Shown: piece after piece, positions 23,950-36,744 of the stretch
How the letters are laid out: the number at the start of each line of letters is the position of its first letter
Numbering within the stretch: position 1 is the first letter of the stretch
Assembly: GCF_963921235.1 (NCBI RefSeq)
Contig: NC_086097.1
Coordinates: forward strand, 222,334,001 to 222,398,000
Direction of reading: 5' to 3'
DNA: 64,000 nucleotides
Source: Mobula hypostoma
Taxonomy: Eukaryota
Translations under genes and position numbers: made by a program
The notes under the pieces: generated by a model
Databases searched by the model: none
Told to the model about the DNA's origin: nothing
The model's input: only the letters and a program-made list of their open reading frames with translations

Positions 23950-25272
23950 TCATTTCATTGGCTTTCACTCAACTCTGGAACGTTTTGACAGCAAGCATGC
24001 ATACATCAGGATGCTCTTTATTGATTACAACTCAACATTCAATACTGTCATCCCCACAAAACTAACCAATAAGCTTCAAGACTTGGCTTCAATACATCCT
24101 TGTGCAATTGAATCCTCAATTTCCACACTTGCATACCCCAGTCATTTCGGATTAGCAACGTCTCCTCCACAATTTCACCAACGCAGGTGTACCACAGGTT
24201 GTATGCTTAGACCCCTGCTCTACTCGCACAGTTCCAATGCTATACGTAAGTTTGCTGACGACACCACTGTGAGAGGTCTAATCAAAGGTGGTGACGAATC
24301 AGCATATAGGAGAAAGATTAAAAATCTGGCTGAGTAGTCCCACAACAACAATCTTTTATTCAATTGTCAGTAAGACCAAGGAGCTTATTATTGACTTCAG
24401 GAGGAGGAAATCAGAGGTCTGTGAGCCAGTCTTTATCAGGAGATCAGAAATGGAGTGGGTCAGCAACTTTAAATTTCTTGGTGTTATCCTTTCAGAGGAC
24501 CTGTCCTGGGCCCAACACATAAGTGCAATTATAAAGATAGTGTGGCAGTACCTCTACTTGGAAGTTTGCAAAGATTTGGCGTGACATCTAGAACTTTGAC
24601 TAACTTCTTTAGATGTGTAGTGGAGAGTACAGTATATTAACTGGCTGCAGCACAGTCTGATATGGAAACACAAATGCCCTTGAATGGAAGACCGTACAAA
24701 AAGTAGTGGATAGAGCCCGGACCATTATGGGTAAAGCCTTCCTCACTTTTGAGCACATCAACGTGAAGCATTGTTGTAGGAAAGCAGCAACCATTATCAA
24801 AGTCTCCTACCAAGCAGGTCATGCTTTCTTCTTGCTGCAGCCATCTGGAAGAAGGTACAGGAGCCTGAGGACTCACACCACCAGGTTCAGGAACAGTTAT
24901 TACCCCTCAACCATCAGGTTTCTCAACCACAAGGGATAATTTCACTTGCTCCATCATTGAACTGTTCTCACAGCCTGTGGATTCATTTTCAAGGACTCTT
25001 CATTTCATGCTCTCAATAAGTATTACCTGCTTATTTATTTATTTATTTATTTGCTTGTTTGTTTATTTATTTATTTTTCTTCTTTCTTTTTGTATTTGTA
25101 TAGTTTGTCATCTTTTGCATATGATTTTCCACTCTGTTGGTGTGCTCTTTCATTGATGCTATTATGCTTATTGGAGTTATTGAGTATGCCTTCTAGAAAA
25201 TGAATCTCAAGGTTGTATATGGTGACGTATATGTAATTTGATAATACATTTGTTGTAAACTTTGAACTTTGA
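23950..25272 (+). mobile_element. Rex1/Babar-type LINE, degraded RT and 3' UTR
   Basis: YIRMLFIDYNSTFNTVIP, KFADDTT, KTKELIIDFRR, FKFLGV, PSGRRYRSLRTHTTRFRNSYYP. Short TTTGAAC-type tail. Confidence 0.85.
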
Positions 25273-26579
25273 GATTTGAGAGGCAAGTTTTTTATACACA
25301 GAGAACTGTGAGTGTCTGAAATGTGTTGTCCAGGGTGGTGACAATAATTCTTTTCCCTCAAGTCCCATTTTTAATTTGGTTACCATTCTATTGAACAGCA
25401 ACAATTTGGGGAGAAGAAACCCTCAAAATCTGGGCAGCTATGGAAAAGGCAGGAGAGGGCAGTTGTGAAGTAGGCATATTCTGTTGGAGGCTTTGGCAGG
25501 GGCATACCTCATACACATACCTGTCAGTGTACAATGCTGCAGAGAGTTAGATTCTCTCAGGAAGTGATGACGAAGATTGTGTTCAGAAATGCAGACATTG
25601 AGCCGTGTCTGAATTCTGTCCCTATGTATCGAATTTAGTCAAGGTATCGAATTTTTAGAAATCTGGCTTGTTTCTGATTGAAAATTTAGGAATTAGCAAT
25701 GTCCTATGGTTATGAAAGCTCTTTACTTGAGAAGAGAATATTTTGCTTCTTGGGTATTGACCAGCCAATAGCACATGGGAGAACTTGCTGACATTGTAGA
25801 CATGTCTGTTCCACAAGAAGGTAGAGCTTGTATCTGTGATATGTTGGAAGCTCCAGCATACAATATGCTATTCTATCCTAATTGTATATTACTACTGGAA
25901 TATTTAAGTGCATCTGTAACCAGAAGTTTCTTATAATGAAAGAATGACACCTGGGAAGCTTACAGTCTTGTGACAAACAGTGTTTAATTGCAAGCACCAC
26001 ATCAAACAAGCAGCCATGCAGCCACCTGGAATATTGATGAGTTCTAAAACAAATGTTTCAAGAGTAATACCGTTGTCGTGATTCTCTGATTATGCAGAAA
26101 GGATCCTGCACTTCAAGATGCCCTGCTGCATCACTGAAAACTTGATTACCATGTGGAACTTGTCCAGAGTTGCAGCACATAAGAGATGGACAAGAAGAAG
26201 TAGAAGAGAATAAGGAAAAGGAGCAAGTTCACCAGCTTTAAATTTCTAAGACGAACTTGGGCAAAATCATCAGAGCTCTGGTTATAATGTGCATCAAAAC
26301 TTAGATTATAATCAAACAGGCTTTGCAACAACCTTAGTCCCACACAGTGTTGGCAATAATTATTTCAATCAAGAGGGAGTTTTACTAACCACCTCCCCTT
26401 GAATTCAACAGCATTATCACAGCCAAATTTTCCACCATCTGTATTCCAGGGATCATGCATTGTTCAGAACCTAAACCAGCAAATACTTACAGTGACAAAA
26501 CAACATATAAGAAGCTTGGTATTCTTCAGTGAGGGCACAACTCCTGATTCCACAAATCTTTGTCACCATATAGAAGAGA

Positions 26580-26996
26580 AAATACAGGATACAGCTGCTT
26601 GGATACCAACAACTCTCAAAAAGTTTAACATGTTAACTACAAAACATCACAACATTCAACAGCATGAATATTTATTTCCTCCACTCTTCTCCACACTCCT
26701 CCAATACATTGTAGCTCCATCTACTAACAATATAGCATGAGCTCACCAAAGCTATTTTTTGACAGCATCTCCCAAATTCTTGATCTTTGCCACCTTTAGG
26801 GATAAGGGCAACAATTAACTCAATACTGACTTGGCATTTTACCCTGTTGATATCGTTAAATCCTTACTTAATATTGGTGTGGGAGTACTTCACTAGAAGC
26901 ATTGGTTCAAAATAGCAGCTCTTCAGCAGTAATTGAGGGTGATCATTAAATGTTGACTGCCTGCAGTAGCCATGTGTTATGGGTGAATTTTTTAAA
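26580..26996 (+). mobile_element. Very old LINE 3'-end remnant (CR1/L2-group)
   Basis: Degenerate similarity to the ...gggatgggcaataaatg.tgg... 3' end, also seen at ~28260-28350 and antisense at ~47810-47870. Confidence 0.35.
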
Positions 26997-27169
26997 TCTC
27001 AATTCTGCTATTGTATCTACTTTGCCTTCCCACTGTTGATAATTATCTCAGAATCTGCTTCACCATAATTGATAAATGCAACCAACTCAAATCATTAAAA
27101 ATTAATATCTATTTATTCAGTCAAGATCAGAATCATACAATTACATATACAGTACATCCTCCTAATGTG

Positions 27170-27582
27170 TAGATTCCAAGATTGTCTAATGCCATTTCCT
27201 GTGCACAATATAAAAGGAAAACGCAATAATTGGTAATCCAGGTCTGATGCAGCACAAAAAGACATAAAAGATAAGACCATAATAATAATGTAAAAAAAAC
27301 AATAAATATAAATATATAAGATAGGTTATATATGTAGATTGATTGTATGTCCATAAAGTGATGCCAGGTACAGGAGTGTCTGTACATATGTTGACTGACA
27401 GGAAATAATAAAGTAGTGGTGGTTGAGGGTGTGGAGGGGTGGGTTAGTGGGTGGAGGTGTTGATTAGCCTACTGCTTGGGGAAGGTAAATGTTTTTGAAT
27501 CTGGTGGATGCTACATAGCCTCCTCACAGATAGAATTGGGACAAGCGGTTCATGAACAGGGTGGGTGTGATCCTTAATGATG
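27170..27582 (-). mobile_element. Rex1/Babar-type LINE 3' fragment
   Basis: The antisense strand encodes a degenerate IIKDHTHP...LVP...RRL...TRFKN C-terminus, followed by the 3' UTR. Confidence 0.55.
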
Positions 27583-28599
27583 AAATCCAATGGGCATTTT
27601 CCTGCCCTTTGTTTAAAACAGGGTTTTCCTACAGGGTGTAATTAGGCTGGTGTAGGGTTGCTCGACTACAGAAGGGGAATGGACTCTAAAAGCACTGGAA
27701 TAAAGACCATTCCAAATAGCTTACAAAAAAACGACATTGCTTGGGTTATTCAAGTTCAGTTTTGATCTGGATTGGAGTTGATGGAGTTGTTTTTGAAGCT
27801 GAGAATGAGTTCAGCAAGGTGAATAAGTATGTTGATAACAGGGTAACTGGTTGGCTTCTATTCAGTGAAGAAGTGGAGTAGCCGTAATCAAGCCTGAACC
27901 AGGATGAGCATATAGAAGGATTGTACAACCAAGGTACAGACAAACTATCTGGTGCCAGGAAATTGGAAACTAGAAATAGTGGAGGGTCATGGGTGACAAT
28001 AGAAAAAGACTGGGCCAGGGTATAAGGATGCAGTAAAGGTTGGAAGAAATATGTTTGTGGGGCAAGGTAGGCCAAAATAATGGTGTCTCTGGTTGGATCT
28101 GTATGTAAATCCTGAGCAGAAGGTAGAATCAGACTGTGTGAGGCTGGGGTATTATAAGGTGAAAACCTTCTACTTTTCCCTTATCATCAATGGATTGAAA
28201 TGCTGGATAATCTATCAACACATGAATAACATCATCATAGAGAAGATTACTGTCACTCAATAAGATTGTATTCCACCATCTTCTCATGGCCAAATGGGGA
28301 TGGGCAATAAATGATGGTACGGACAGTGATAACTGCACCCTATAACATGAAGCATATGAACATTAGGTGGTGGGTGGAGATTGATTGCAGATGAACAAAG
28401 GGATTGTATTATATAGAACTGTGCGAAGGGGCTGAGATGTGGTTTTTGACAAAGAACCACATCTCTTCACTCAGAATATCTTCACCCAGTGTGCCTACAT
28501 ATCTGCGGTTATGAGTCTTCTTGTAGGACTGCAAGCGTTTTCTTGATGCTTCATTCCTGATGTTCACTGGGAGTTGTAATAAAAATAGAAACAGCAATA

Positions 28600-31289
28600 A
28601 TCTCTCAATGTTGCAAAAAAAAAGGAGATGGTCGTGGATTACAAGAGGATTGGAGACAGGCTAACCCCTATTTGATATCAATGGATTTGGGGTTGAGAGG
28701 GTAAACAGCTTTAAGTTCCTCGGCATCCACATCACCGAGAACCTCAGTAAGAGCACCCTGACTGGCTGCATCACTGCCTGGTATGGGAACTGTATCTCCC
28801 TTAATGGCAGGATTCTGCAGAGAGTGATGCGGACAGCCCAGCGCATCTGTACATAGAACCATAGAACCATAGAAACTACAGCACAGAAACAGGCCCTTAG
28901 GCCCTTCTTGGCTGTGCCGAACCATTTTCTGCCTAGTCCCACTGACCTGCACACGGACCATATCCCTCCATACACCTCCCATCCATGTATCTGTCCAATT
29001 TATTCTTAAATGTTAAAAAAGAACCCGCATTTACCACCTCGTCTGGCAGCTCATTCCATACTCCCACCACTCTCTGTGTGAAGAAGCCCCCCCCCTAATG
29101 TTCCCTTTAAACTTTTCCCCCCTCACCCTTAACCCATGTCCTCTGGTTTTTTTCTCCCCTTGCCTCAGTGGAAAAAGCCTGCTTGCATTCACTTTATCTA
29201 CACCCATCATAATTTTATATACCTCTATCAAATCTCCCCTCATTCTTCTACGCTCCAGGGAATAAAGTCCTAACCTATTCAACCTTTCTCTGTAACTGAG
29301 TTTCTCAAGTCCCGGCAACATCCTTGTAAACCTTCTCTGCACTCTTTCAACCTTATTTATATCCTTCCTCTAATTTGGTGACCAAAACTGAACACAATAC
29401 TCCAGATTTGGCCTCACCAATGCCTTATACAACCTCATCATAACATTCCAGCTCTTATACTCAATACTTCGATTAATAAAGGCCAATGTACCAAAAGCTC
29501 TCTTTACGACCCTATCTACCTGTGACGCCACTTTTAGGGAATTTTGTATCTGTATTCCCAGATCCCTCTGTTCCACTGCACTCCTCAGTGCCTTACCATT
29601 AACCCTGTATGTTCTACGTTGGTTTGTCCTTCCAACATGCAATACCTCACACTTGTCAGTATTAAACTTCATCTGCCATTTTTCAGCCCATTTTTCCAGC
29701 TGGTCCAAGTCCCTCTGTAGGCTCTGAAGACCTTCCTCACTGTCTACTACACCTCCAATCTTTGTATCATCTGCAAACTTGCTGATCCAATTTACCACAT
29801 TATCATCCAGTTCATTGATATAGATGACAAATAACAATGGACCCAGCACTGATCCCTGTGGCACACCACTAGTCACAGGCCTCCACTCAGAGAAGCAATT
29901 CTCTACCACCATTCTCTGGCTTCTTCCATCGAGCCAATGTCTAATGCAATTTACCACCTCTCCATGTATACCTAGCGACTGAATTTTCCTAACTAACCTC
30001 CCATGCGGGACCTTGTCAAAGGCCTTACTGAAGTCCATGTAGACAATATCCACTGCCTTCCCTTCATCCACTTTCCTGGTAACCTCCTCGAAAAACTCCA
30101 ACAGATTGGTCAAACATGACCTACCACGCACAAAGCCATGTTGACTCTCCCTAATAAGCCCCTGTCTATCCAAATGCTTGTAGATTCTGTCTCTTAGTAC
30201 TCCCTCCAATAACTTACCTACTACTGACGTTAAACTCACCGGCCTATAATTTCCCGGATTACTTTTCGATCCTTTTTTAAACAACGGAACAACATGAGCC
30301 ACTCTCCAATCCTCCGGCACTTCATCCGTAGACAGCAACATTTTAAATATTTCTGCCAGGGCCCCCGCAATTTCAACACTAGTCTCCTTCAAGGTCCGAG
30401 GGAACACTCTGTCAGGTCCCGGGGATTTATCCACTTTAATTTTCCTCAAGACAGCAAGCACCTCCTCCTTTTCAATCTGTACAGTTTCCATGGTCTCACT
30501 ACTTGATTCCCTCAATTCCATAGATTTCATGCCAGCTTCCTTAGTAAACACAGACGCAAAAAACCTATTTAAGATCTCCCCCATTTCCTTTGGTTCCGCA
30601 CAAAGCCGACCACTCTGATCTTCAAGAGGACCAATTTTATCCCTTACAATCCTTTTGCTCTTAATATACTTGTAAAAGCTCTTTGGATTATCCTTCACTT
30701 TGACTGCCAAGGCAACCTCATGTCTTCTTTTAGCCCTCCTGATTTCTTTCTTAAGTATTTTCTTGCACTTCTTATAGTCCTCAAGCACCTGATTTACCCC
30801 CTGTTTCCTATACATTTCATACAACTCCCTCTTCTTCTTTATCAGAGTTGCAATATCCCTTGAGAACCAAGGTTCCTTATTCCTATTCAATTTGCCTTTA
30901 ATCCTGACAGGAACATACAGACTGTAGTTGTGAACTTCCCATGATTCAGGATCTTTACAAAGACAGGTGTGTAAAAAGGGCCCAAAGGATCACTGGGGAC
31001 TCGAACCACTCCATTCACAATCTATTCCAGCTGCTACCATCTGGGAAACGGTACCGCAGCATAAAAGCCAGGACCAACAGGCTCCGGGACAGCTTCTTCC
31101 ACCAGACCGTCAGACTGATTAGCTCATGCTGATTTGACTGTTACATTGACTGTTCTATTTATTATAAATTATTATAAATTACTATGATTGCACATTTAGA
31201 CGGAGACGTAACGTGAAGATTCTTACTCCTCATATATGTGAAGGATGTAAGAAATAAAGTCAATTCAATTCCGTTCCATTCAATTCAAT
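28600..31289 (+). mobile_element. Rex1/Babar-type LINE 3' fragment, split by a CR1 insertion
   Basis: VERVNSFKFLGIHITENL and LQRVMRTAQRIC | ELPMIQDLYKDRC...LLPSGKRYRSIKARTNRLRDSFF. (CAATT)n tail. Same family as 63190-64000. Confidence 0.85.
28852..30921 (-). mobile_element. Young CR1 LINE, 5'-truncated, RT ORF with one premature stop
   Basis: 506-aa ORF 29370-30890 with all RT motifs (KFADDTK), continued in the same frame by 29031-29342. (TTCTATGG)n tail. TSD CTGTA at 28847-28851 and 30922-30926. Confidence 0.95.
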
Positions 31290-31367
31290 GCTGCATTATT
31301 AGAAACTTAGAGGGTATCCTGGTTGCTGTCAGTAGAAAAACATCCTACCTTATCTGCCATTATATCT

Positions 31368-33852
31368 ACTTCAATCTACATGTAGACTGGGTGAACCAAA
31401 TTGGTAAAGGTGCTGAGGAAGAGGATTTCTTGGAATGTATGCGGGATGGTTTTTTGAACCAACATGTCGAGGAACCGACTAGAGAGCAGGCTATTCTGGA
31501 CTGGGTTTTGAGCAATGAGGAAGGGTTAATTAGCGATCTTGTCGTGAGAGGCCCCTTGGGTAAGAGTGACCATAATATGGTGGAATTCTTCATTAACATG
31601 GAGAGTGACGTAGTTAATTCAGAAACAAAGGTTCTGAACTTAAAGAGGGGTAACTTTGAAGGTATGAGTCGTGAATTAGCTAAGATAGACTGGCAAATGA
31701 CACTTAAAGGATTGACGGTGGATATGCAATGGCAGGCATTTAAAGGTTGCATGGATGAACTACAACAATTGTTCATCCCAGTTTGGCAAAAGAATAAATC
31801 AAGGAAGGTAGTGCACCCGTGGCTGACAAGAGAAATTAGGGATAGTATCAATTCCAAAGAAGTAGCATACAAATTAGCCAGAGAAAGTGGCTCACCTGAG
31901 GACTGGGAGAAATTCAGAGTTCAGCAGAGGAGGACAAAGGGCTTAATTAGGAAGGGGAAAAAAGATTATGAGAGAAAACTGGCAGAGAACATAAAAACGG
32001 ACTGTAAAAGCTTTTATACATATGTAAAAAGGAAAAGACTGATAAAGACAAATGTAGGTCCCCTGCAAACAGAAACAGGTGAATTGATTATGGGGAGCAA
32101 GGACATGGCAGACCAATTGAATAATTACTTTGGTTCTGTCTTCACTAAGGAGGACATAAATAATCTTCCAGAAATAGTAAGGGACAGAGGGTCCAGTGAG
32201 ATGGAGGAACTGAGCGAAATACTTGTTAGTAGGGAAGTGGTGTTAGGTAAATTGAAGGGATTGAAGGCAGATAAATCCCCAGGGCCAGATGGTCTGCATC
32301 CCAGAGTGCTTAAGGAAGTAGCCCAAGAAATAGTGGATGCATTAGTGATAATTTTTCAAAACTCGTTAGATTCTGGACTAGTTCCTGAGGATTGGAGGGT
32401 GGCTAATGTAACCCCACTTTTTAAAAAGGGAGGGAGAGAGAAACCGGGGAATTATAGGCCGGTTAGCCTAACGTCGGTGGTGGGGAAACTGCTGGAGTCA
32501 GTTATCAAGGATGTGATAACAGCACATTTGGAAAGCGGTGAAATGATCGGACAAAGTCAGCATGGATTTGTGAAAGGAAAATCATGTCTGACGAATCTCA
32601 TAGAATTTTTTGAGGATGTAACTAGTAGAGTGGATAGGGGAGAACCAGTGGATGTGGTATATTTGGATTATCAAAAGGCTTTTGACAAGGTCCCACACAG
32701 GAGATTAGTGTGCAAACTTAAAGCACACGGTATTGGGGGTAAGGTATTGGTGTGGGTGGAGAATTGGTTAGCAGACAGGAAGCAAAGAGTGGGAATAAAC
32801 GGGACCTTTTCAGAATGGCAGGCGGTGACTAGTGGGGTACCGCAAGGCTCAGTGCTGGGACCCCAGTTGTTTACAATATATATTAATGACTTGGATGAGG
32901 GAATTAAATGCAGCATCTCCAAGTTTGCGGATGACACGAAGCTGGGTGGCAGTGTTAGCAATGAGGAGGATGCTAAGAGGATGCAGGGTGACTTGGATAG
33001 GTTGGGTGAGTGGGCAAACTCATGGCAGATGCAATTTAATGTGGATAAATGTGAAGTTATCCACTTTGGTGGCAAAAATAGGAAAACAGATTATTATCTG
33101 AATGGTGGCCGATTAGGAAAAGGGGAGGTGCAACGAGACCTGGGTGTCATTATACACCAGTCATTGAAAGTGGGCATGCAGGTACAGCAGGCGGTGAAAA
33201 AGGCGAACGGTATGCTGGCATTTATAGCGAGAGGATTCGAGTACAGGAGCAGGGAGGTACTACTGCAGTTGTACAAGGCCTTGGTGAGACCACACCTGGA
33301 GTATTGTGTGCAGTTTTGGTCCCCTAATCTGAGGAAAGACATCTTTGCCATAGAGGGAGTACAAAGAAGGTTCACCAGATTGATTCCTGGGATGGCAGGT
33401 CTTTCATATGAAGAAAGACTGGATGAACTGGGCTTGTACTCGTTGGAATTTAGAAGATTGAGGGGGGATCTGATTGAAACGTATAAGATCCTAAAGGGAT
33501 TGGACAGGCTAGATGCGGGAAGATTGTTCCCGATGTTGGGGAGGTCCAGAACGAGGGGTCACAGTTTGAGGATAGAGGGGAAGCCTTTTAGGACCGAGAT
33601 TAGGAAAAACTTCTTCACACAGAGAGTGGTGAATCTGTGGAATTCTCTGCCACAGCAAACTGTTGAGGCCAGTTCATTAGCTATGTTTAAAAGGAAGTTA
33701 GATATGGCCCTTGTGGCTACAGGGGTCAGGGGGTATGGAGGGAAGGCTGGGTTCTGAGTTGGATGATCAGCCATGATCATAATAAATGGCGGTGCAGGCT
33801 CGAAGGGCCGAATGGCCTACTCCTGCACCTATTTTCTATGTTTCTATGTTTC
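31368..33852 (+). mobile_element. Young CR1 LINE, 5'-truncated within the endonuclease domain
   Basis: Uninterrupted ORF2, 3' UTR with a hairpin-like segment and a (TTTCTATG)n tail. Flanking repeat TATATCT at 31361-31367 and 33853-33859. Confidence 0.95.
31370..33757 (+). CDS. CR1 ORF2 remainder (partial APE endonuclease + complete reverse transcriptase), open for ~795 codons
   Basis: FNLHVDW...SDHNMVEF...KSPGPDG...NYRPVSLTS...YLDYQKAFDKV...GVPQGSVLGP...KFADDTK...LEYCVQFWSP...WNSLP with no stops. The first 44 codons of the listed 839-aa ORF are flanking sequence. Confidence 0.85.
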   Translation, partial: FNLHVDWVNQIGKGAEEEDFLECMRDGFLNQHVEEPTREQAILDWVLSNEEGLISDLVVRGPLGKSDHNMVEFFINMESDVVNSETKVLNLKRGNFEGMSRELAKIDWQMTLKGLTVDMQWQAFKGCMDELQQLFIPVWQKNKSRKVVHPWLTREIRDSINSKEVAYKLARESGSPEDWEKFRVQQRRTKGLIRKGKKDYERKLAENIKTDCKSFYTYVKRKRLIKTNVGPLQTETGELIMGSKDMADQLNNYFGSVFTKEDINNLPEIVRDRGSSEMEELSEILVSREVVLGKLKGLKADKSPGPDGLHPRVLKEVAQEIVDALVIIFQNSLDSGLVPEDWRVANVTPLFKKGGREKPGNYRPVSLTSVVGKLLESVIKDVITAHLESGEMIGQSQHGFVKGKSCLTNLIEFFEDVTSRVDRGEPVDVVYLDYQKAFDKVPHRRLVCKLKAHGIGGKVLVWVENWLADRKQRVGINGTFSEWQAVTSGVPQGSVLGPQLFTIYINDLDEGIKCSISKFADDTKLGGSVSNEEDAKRMQGDLDRLGEWANSWQMQFNVDKCEVIHFGGKNRKTDYYLNGGRLGKGEVQRDLGVIIHQSLKVGMQVQQAVKKANGMLAFIARGFEYRSREVLLQLYKALVRPHLEYCVQFWSPNLRKDIFAIEGVQRRFTRLIPGMAGLSYEERLDELGLYSLEFRRLRGDLIETYKILKGLDRLDAGRLFPMLGRSRTRGHSLRIEGKPFRTEIRKNFFTQRVVNLWNSLPQQTVEASSLAMFKRKLDMALVATGVRGYGGKAGF

Positions 33853-34417
33853 TATATCTGGAATCACATAGAAAAGGCAGCATTCTGGCTCTCAGCTTGG
33901 CCAGTTCATTAATCGCTTCAAACCTATTGAGTGACTTTCACCAGCAGTGGTAGAAATTAACTACCACCCCTTCAAGATATCCAAGCATGCTCTCATTCAG
34001 CATTAGTGGGCTTTAACTGGTGGTACTACTCAAAAACATGTTGATATATGAATAGACTGGTTAATGATAGTGGAATGTTAAATCATGATAATGAAGCATG
34101 AAAATTAGATGCGATGGACCAATTGGGTGAGTATAAATCATGTATTAAGATGACAATATAAATTTCTGAACATTTTTCAAGTTAACCCCCTTGGAGATAC
34201 CAGAAAGGCTGCATAAGCACAGGTGCACAGAAGACATTGTATATGTATAAAAACATTAAGAATTAGTTAAAAGTAAAGCCTGTTCACTCCGTTACCTGTT
34301 TTTAACTCTGTGCCAGACTTTAAGGATCTGTACACCTCACTGATGGATTGAATAGAGGTAAATGTGAGGATTTTGTGGGTAAAAACAGTTAATGCTTGAC
34401 ACGGTCAGGTACAATAT

Positions 34418-35052
34418 GACCATAAGACCATAATAAAGAGGAGCAGAATTAGGCCATTCAAGCCATCAAAGGCTGCTCTGCCAATTTATTTTGGCTGTTC
34501 TATTCTCTCTCAACTCCATTTTCTTGCCTTCTTCCCGTAGCCTTTGACACCCTTTGGCGCTATGGTAGCATAGCAGTTAGCTTGATGCTATTACAGCTCA
34601 GGGTATCTCAGTTCAGAGTTCAATCCCAGCATCCTCTTTAAAGGGACTCTGTACGCCCTCCTTGTGGCGTATGTGGGTTTTCTCCAGGTCCTCCAGTTTC
34701 CTCCCACAGTCCAAACATGTACCGGGTAGATCAATTGATCATTGTAAATTGTTCCTTAATCAGGTTAGGGTTAAATCAGGGTCGTTGGGGGTTGCTAGGT
34801 GGTACAGCTGGAAGGGCCTATTCCATGCTGTATCTCTGAATACAGTACATAAAATATAAAAAAAGAACCTCCACTTTAAATATACCCAATGGCTTTTCAT
34901 CCACAGCTGTCCGTGGCAAAGAATTCCACAGATTCACCACCCTCTGGCTAATGAAATTCCTCCTCATCTCTGTTCTAAAGAGAGGTCCTTCTATTCTGAG
35001 GGTGTACCCTCTGGTCCTAGACTCCCTCACTATAGGAAACATTCTCTCTACA
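34418..35052 (-). mobile_element. CR1 3' fragment interrupted by a SINE
   Basis: Tail gaccataagaccataa and antisense FPIVRESRTRGYTLRIEG...QRVVNLWNSLP. Confidence 0.75.
34555..34864 (+). mobile_element. tRNA-derived V-SINE (HE1-like)
   Basis: A-box-like GGTAGCATAGCAGTTAG, B-box GAGTTCAATCCC, V-domain GTGGGTTTTCTCCAGGTCCTCCAGTTTCCTCCCACAGTCCAAA, CR1-like 3' end GAAGGGCCTATTCCATGCTGTATCTCT. Confidence 0.8.
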
Positions 35053-36164
35053 CAGTGTTAATGCTTCACATTAGTATCCTTTCATCAGCGTTCTGATTCC
35101 AGTAGTTCTGTTTTTTTTATATCATACTTTCAATATCTACTTATTTTACATTTTACCTTTCATGGACAGATATACAGAACAAATTCATTAGTCTTCAGCA
35201 TTACTTAAACCAGGAGCATTAAAAATAAATTGGTAATATCACTTCCAGTTACCACCAAATGGACATTTGGAGCTCATTTTCAATACAGATTTTAGCTAGC
35301 TGCCACAGTTTCTATTTTTTGTAACTTCCAAGCATTGAGTCATATGTGAGGTCATTACTGAATCAGTGTTATATTGGATGATTATGATTAATTTTAACAC
35401 TTGCAATTATCATGTTGTTATTTTGTTGAAGCTAAATATTTGATTTTTATTCTGTTTCTGCTCTAGTATTGCTTGGTATTATAATATGAATGTGTAGAGT
35501 TACTTAGAATCTCCTACTCAAACAGATCCTCACCCCAGTTGGTCTGTGCTGGCACTTATGTTTCACACAAACCTCCTCTCCCCCTTCCGCACCCAACTTT
35601 ATCAGCATATGCTTCCATTCCATTCTGTTGCATATGATTTCCCATTAAATACATTATTGCTGATCATCTTTTTAGCTCTGTGATAGCAATCCAGCAGATT
35701 TTGCCAGGCTTTGGTGCAGAGGTGGAGTTATCTTATTGTATATAAATGGATTCATGCAATTGTTCTTTTATTTATATGGAGTAATGCAATAGTTCTTCTG
35801 TTTCATTACAGAAAATTACAGTAGTGTAATGAACTTGAAGGTTCACAGTTGTCTTAATCAGAAAAGTCTGTTTTAAATGCAAGGAAGGGGATGTGGGATA
35901 AGGTTGGGCTTGAATGTTGCTAAGTCAAAAATCTGTTTCCATGCAGTATCATTCCATGAATGTGTTATTGTAAGAGACTATGAAAATTTATTTCAGAATG
36001 GAAATGCTTATTGATTTCAGAAAATTTGCAGCAATGAATCAGAAATTATACATGTAACTATGTGACATTAATGTTATTTAGGATGTTGCAAAAACAATAT
36101 CTACAGAGATCTATAAAGGAGAAATATCAGGATACTTCAGATAATTTTTACAGGACTAATTCAT

Positions 36165-36640
36165 AGGGTCATAGAGTAATACCGCATGGAGATAGGCTCT
36201 TCAACCTAAATTGTCCATGTTGACCAATATGCCCATCTAAGCTAGTCGCATTTGCCCACATTTGGCTGATAACCCCTATCCATATGCATATTCAAAAGTC
36301 TTTAGAGTGTTGTTATAGTACTCACCTCTGGCAGTTCAATATATGTATGCATCTCCCTCTGTGAAGTAGTTGCCACTCAGGTCCCTTTTAAATGTTTTCT
36401 CCTCTCACCTTAAACCTATGCCTTCTAATTTCTTGGCTCCCTTTTCCTGGGAAAAGTATTGCATTCAACCTATCTATGACTCTCATAATTTTATACACTT
36501 CCGTAAGATCTTCCCTCAGTTTCCTATGATCCAGGGAATAAAATGCTAGCCAACGCAACCAACTTTTCCCTATAACTCAGACCCTTGAGAGTAGCAACAT
36601 TCTGGTAAGCCTTCTTTGTAATCTTTCCAACTTAATGACT
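36165..36640 (-). mobile_element. Degraded CR1 3' end
   Basis: Tail catagggtcatagagt and antisense similarity to the CR1 C-terminus at 28852-29350. Confidence 0.65.
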
Positions 36641-36744
36641 GACAATTCACCCGAATAAAAAAACTACTTGTCTTTGTTAATGGTCTTAGAAAGTTCATAA
36701 ATTTATGGGAGAAATCACCTAAGAATAAATAATTTCAAAATTAT

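Noticed and set aside
31238..33757. 839-aa ORF as a novel or domesticated host gene
   Set aside because: It is CR1 ORF2 with its own 3' UTR, tail and flanking repeat, and a near-identical copy lies nearby. The N-terminal 44 codons are chance read-through from the flank, starting at GTG.
31366..33780. Antisense ORFs overlapping LINE ORF2 sequences here and elsewhere (e.g. 32671-33075, 41807-42265, 58269-58628)
   Set aside because: They are shadow frames of RT-coding sequence with no independent evidence of coding function.
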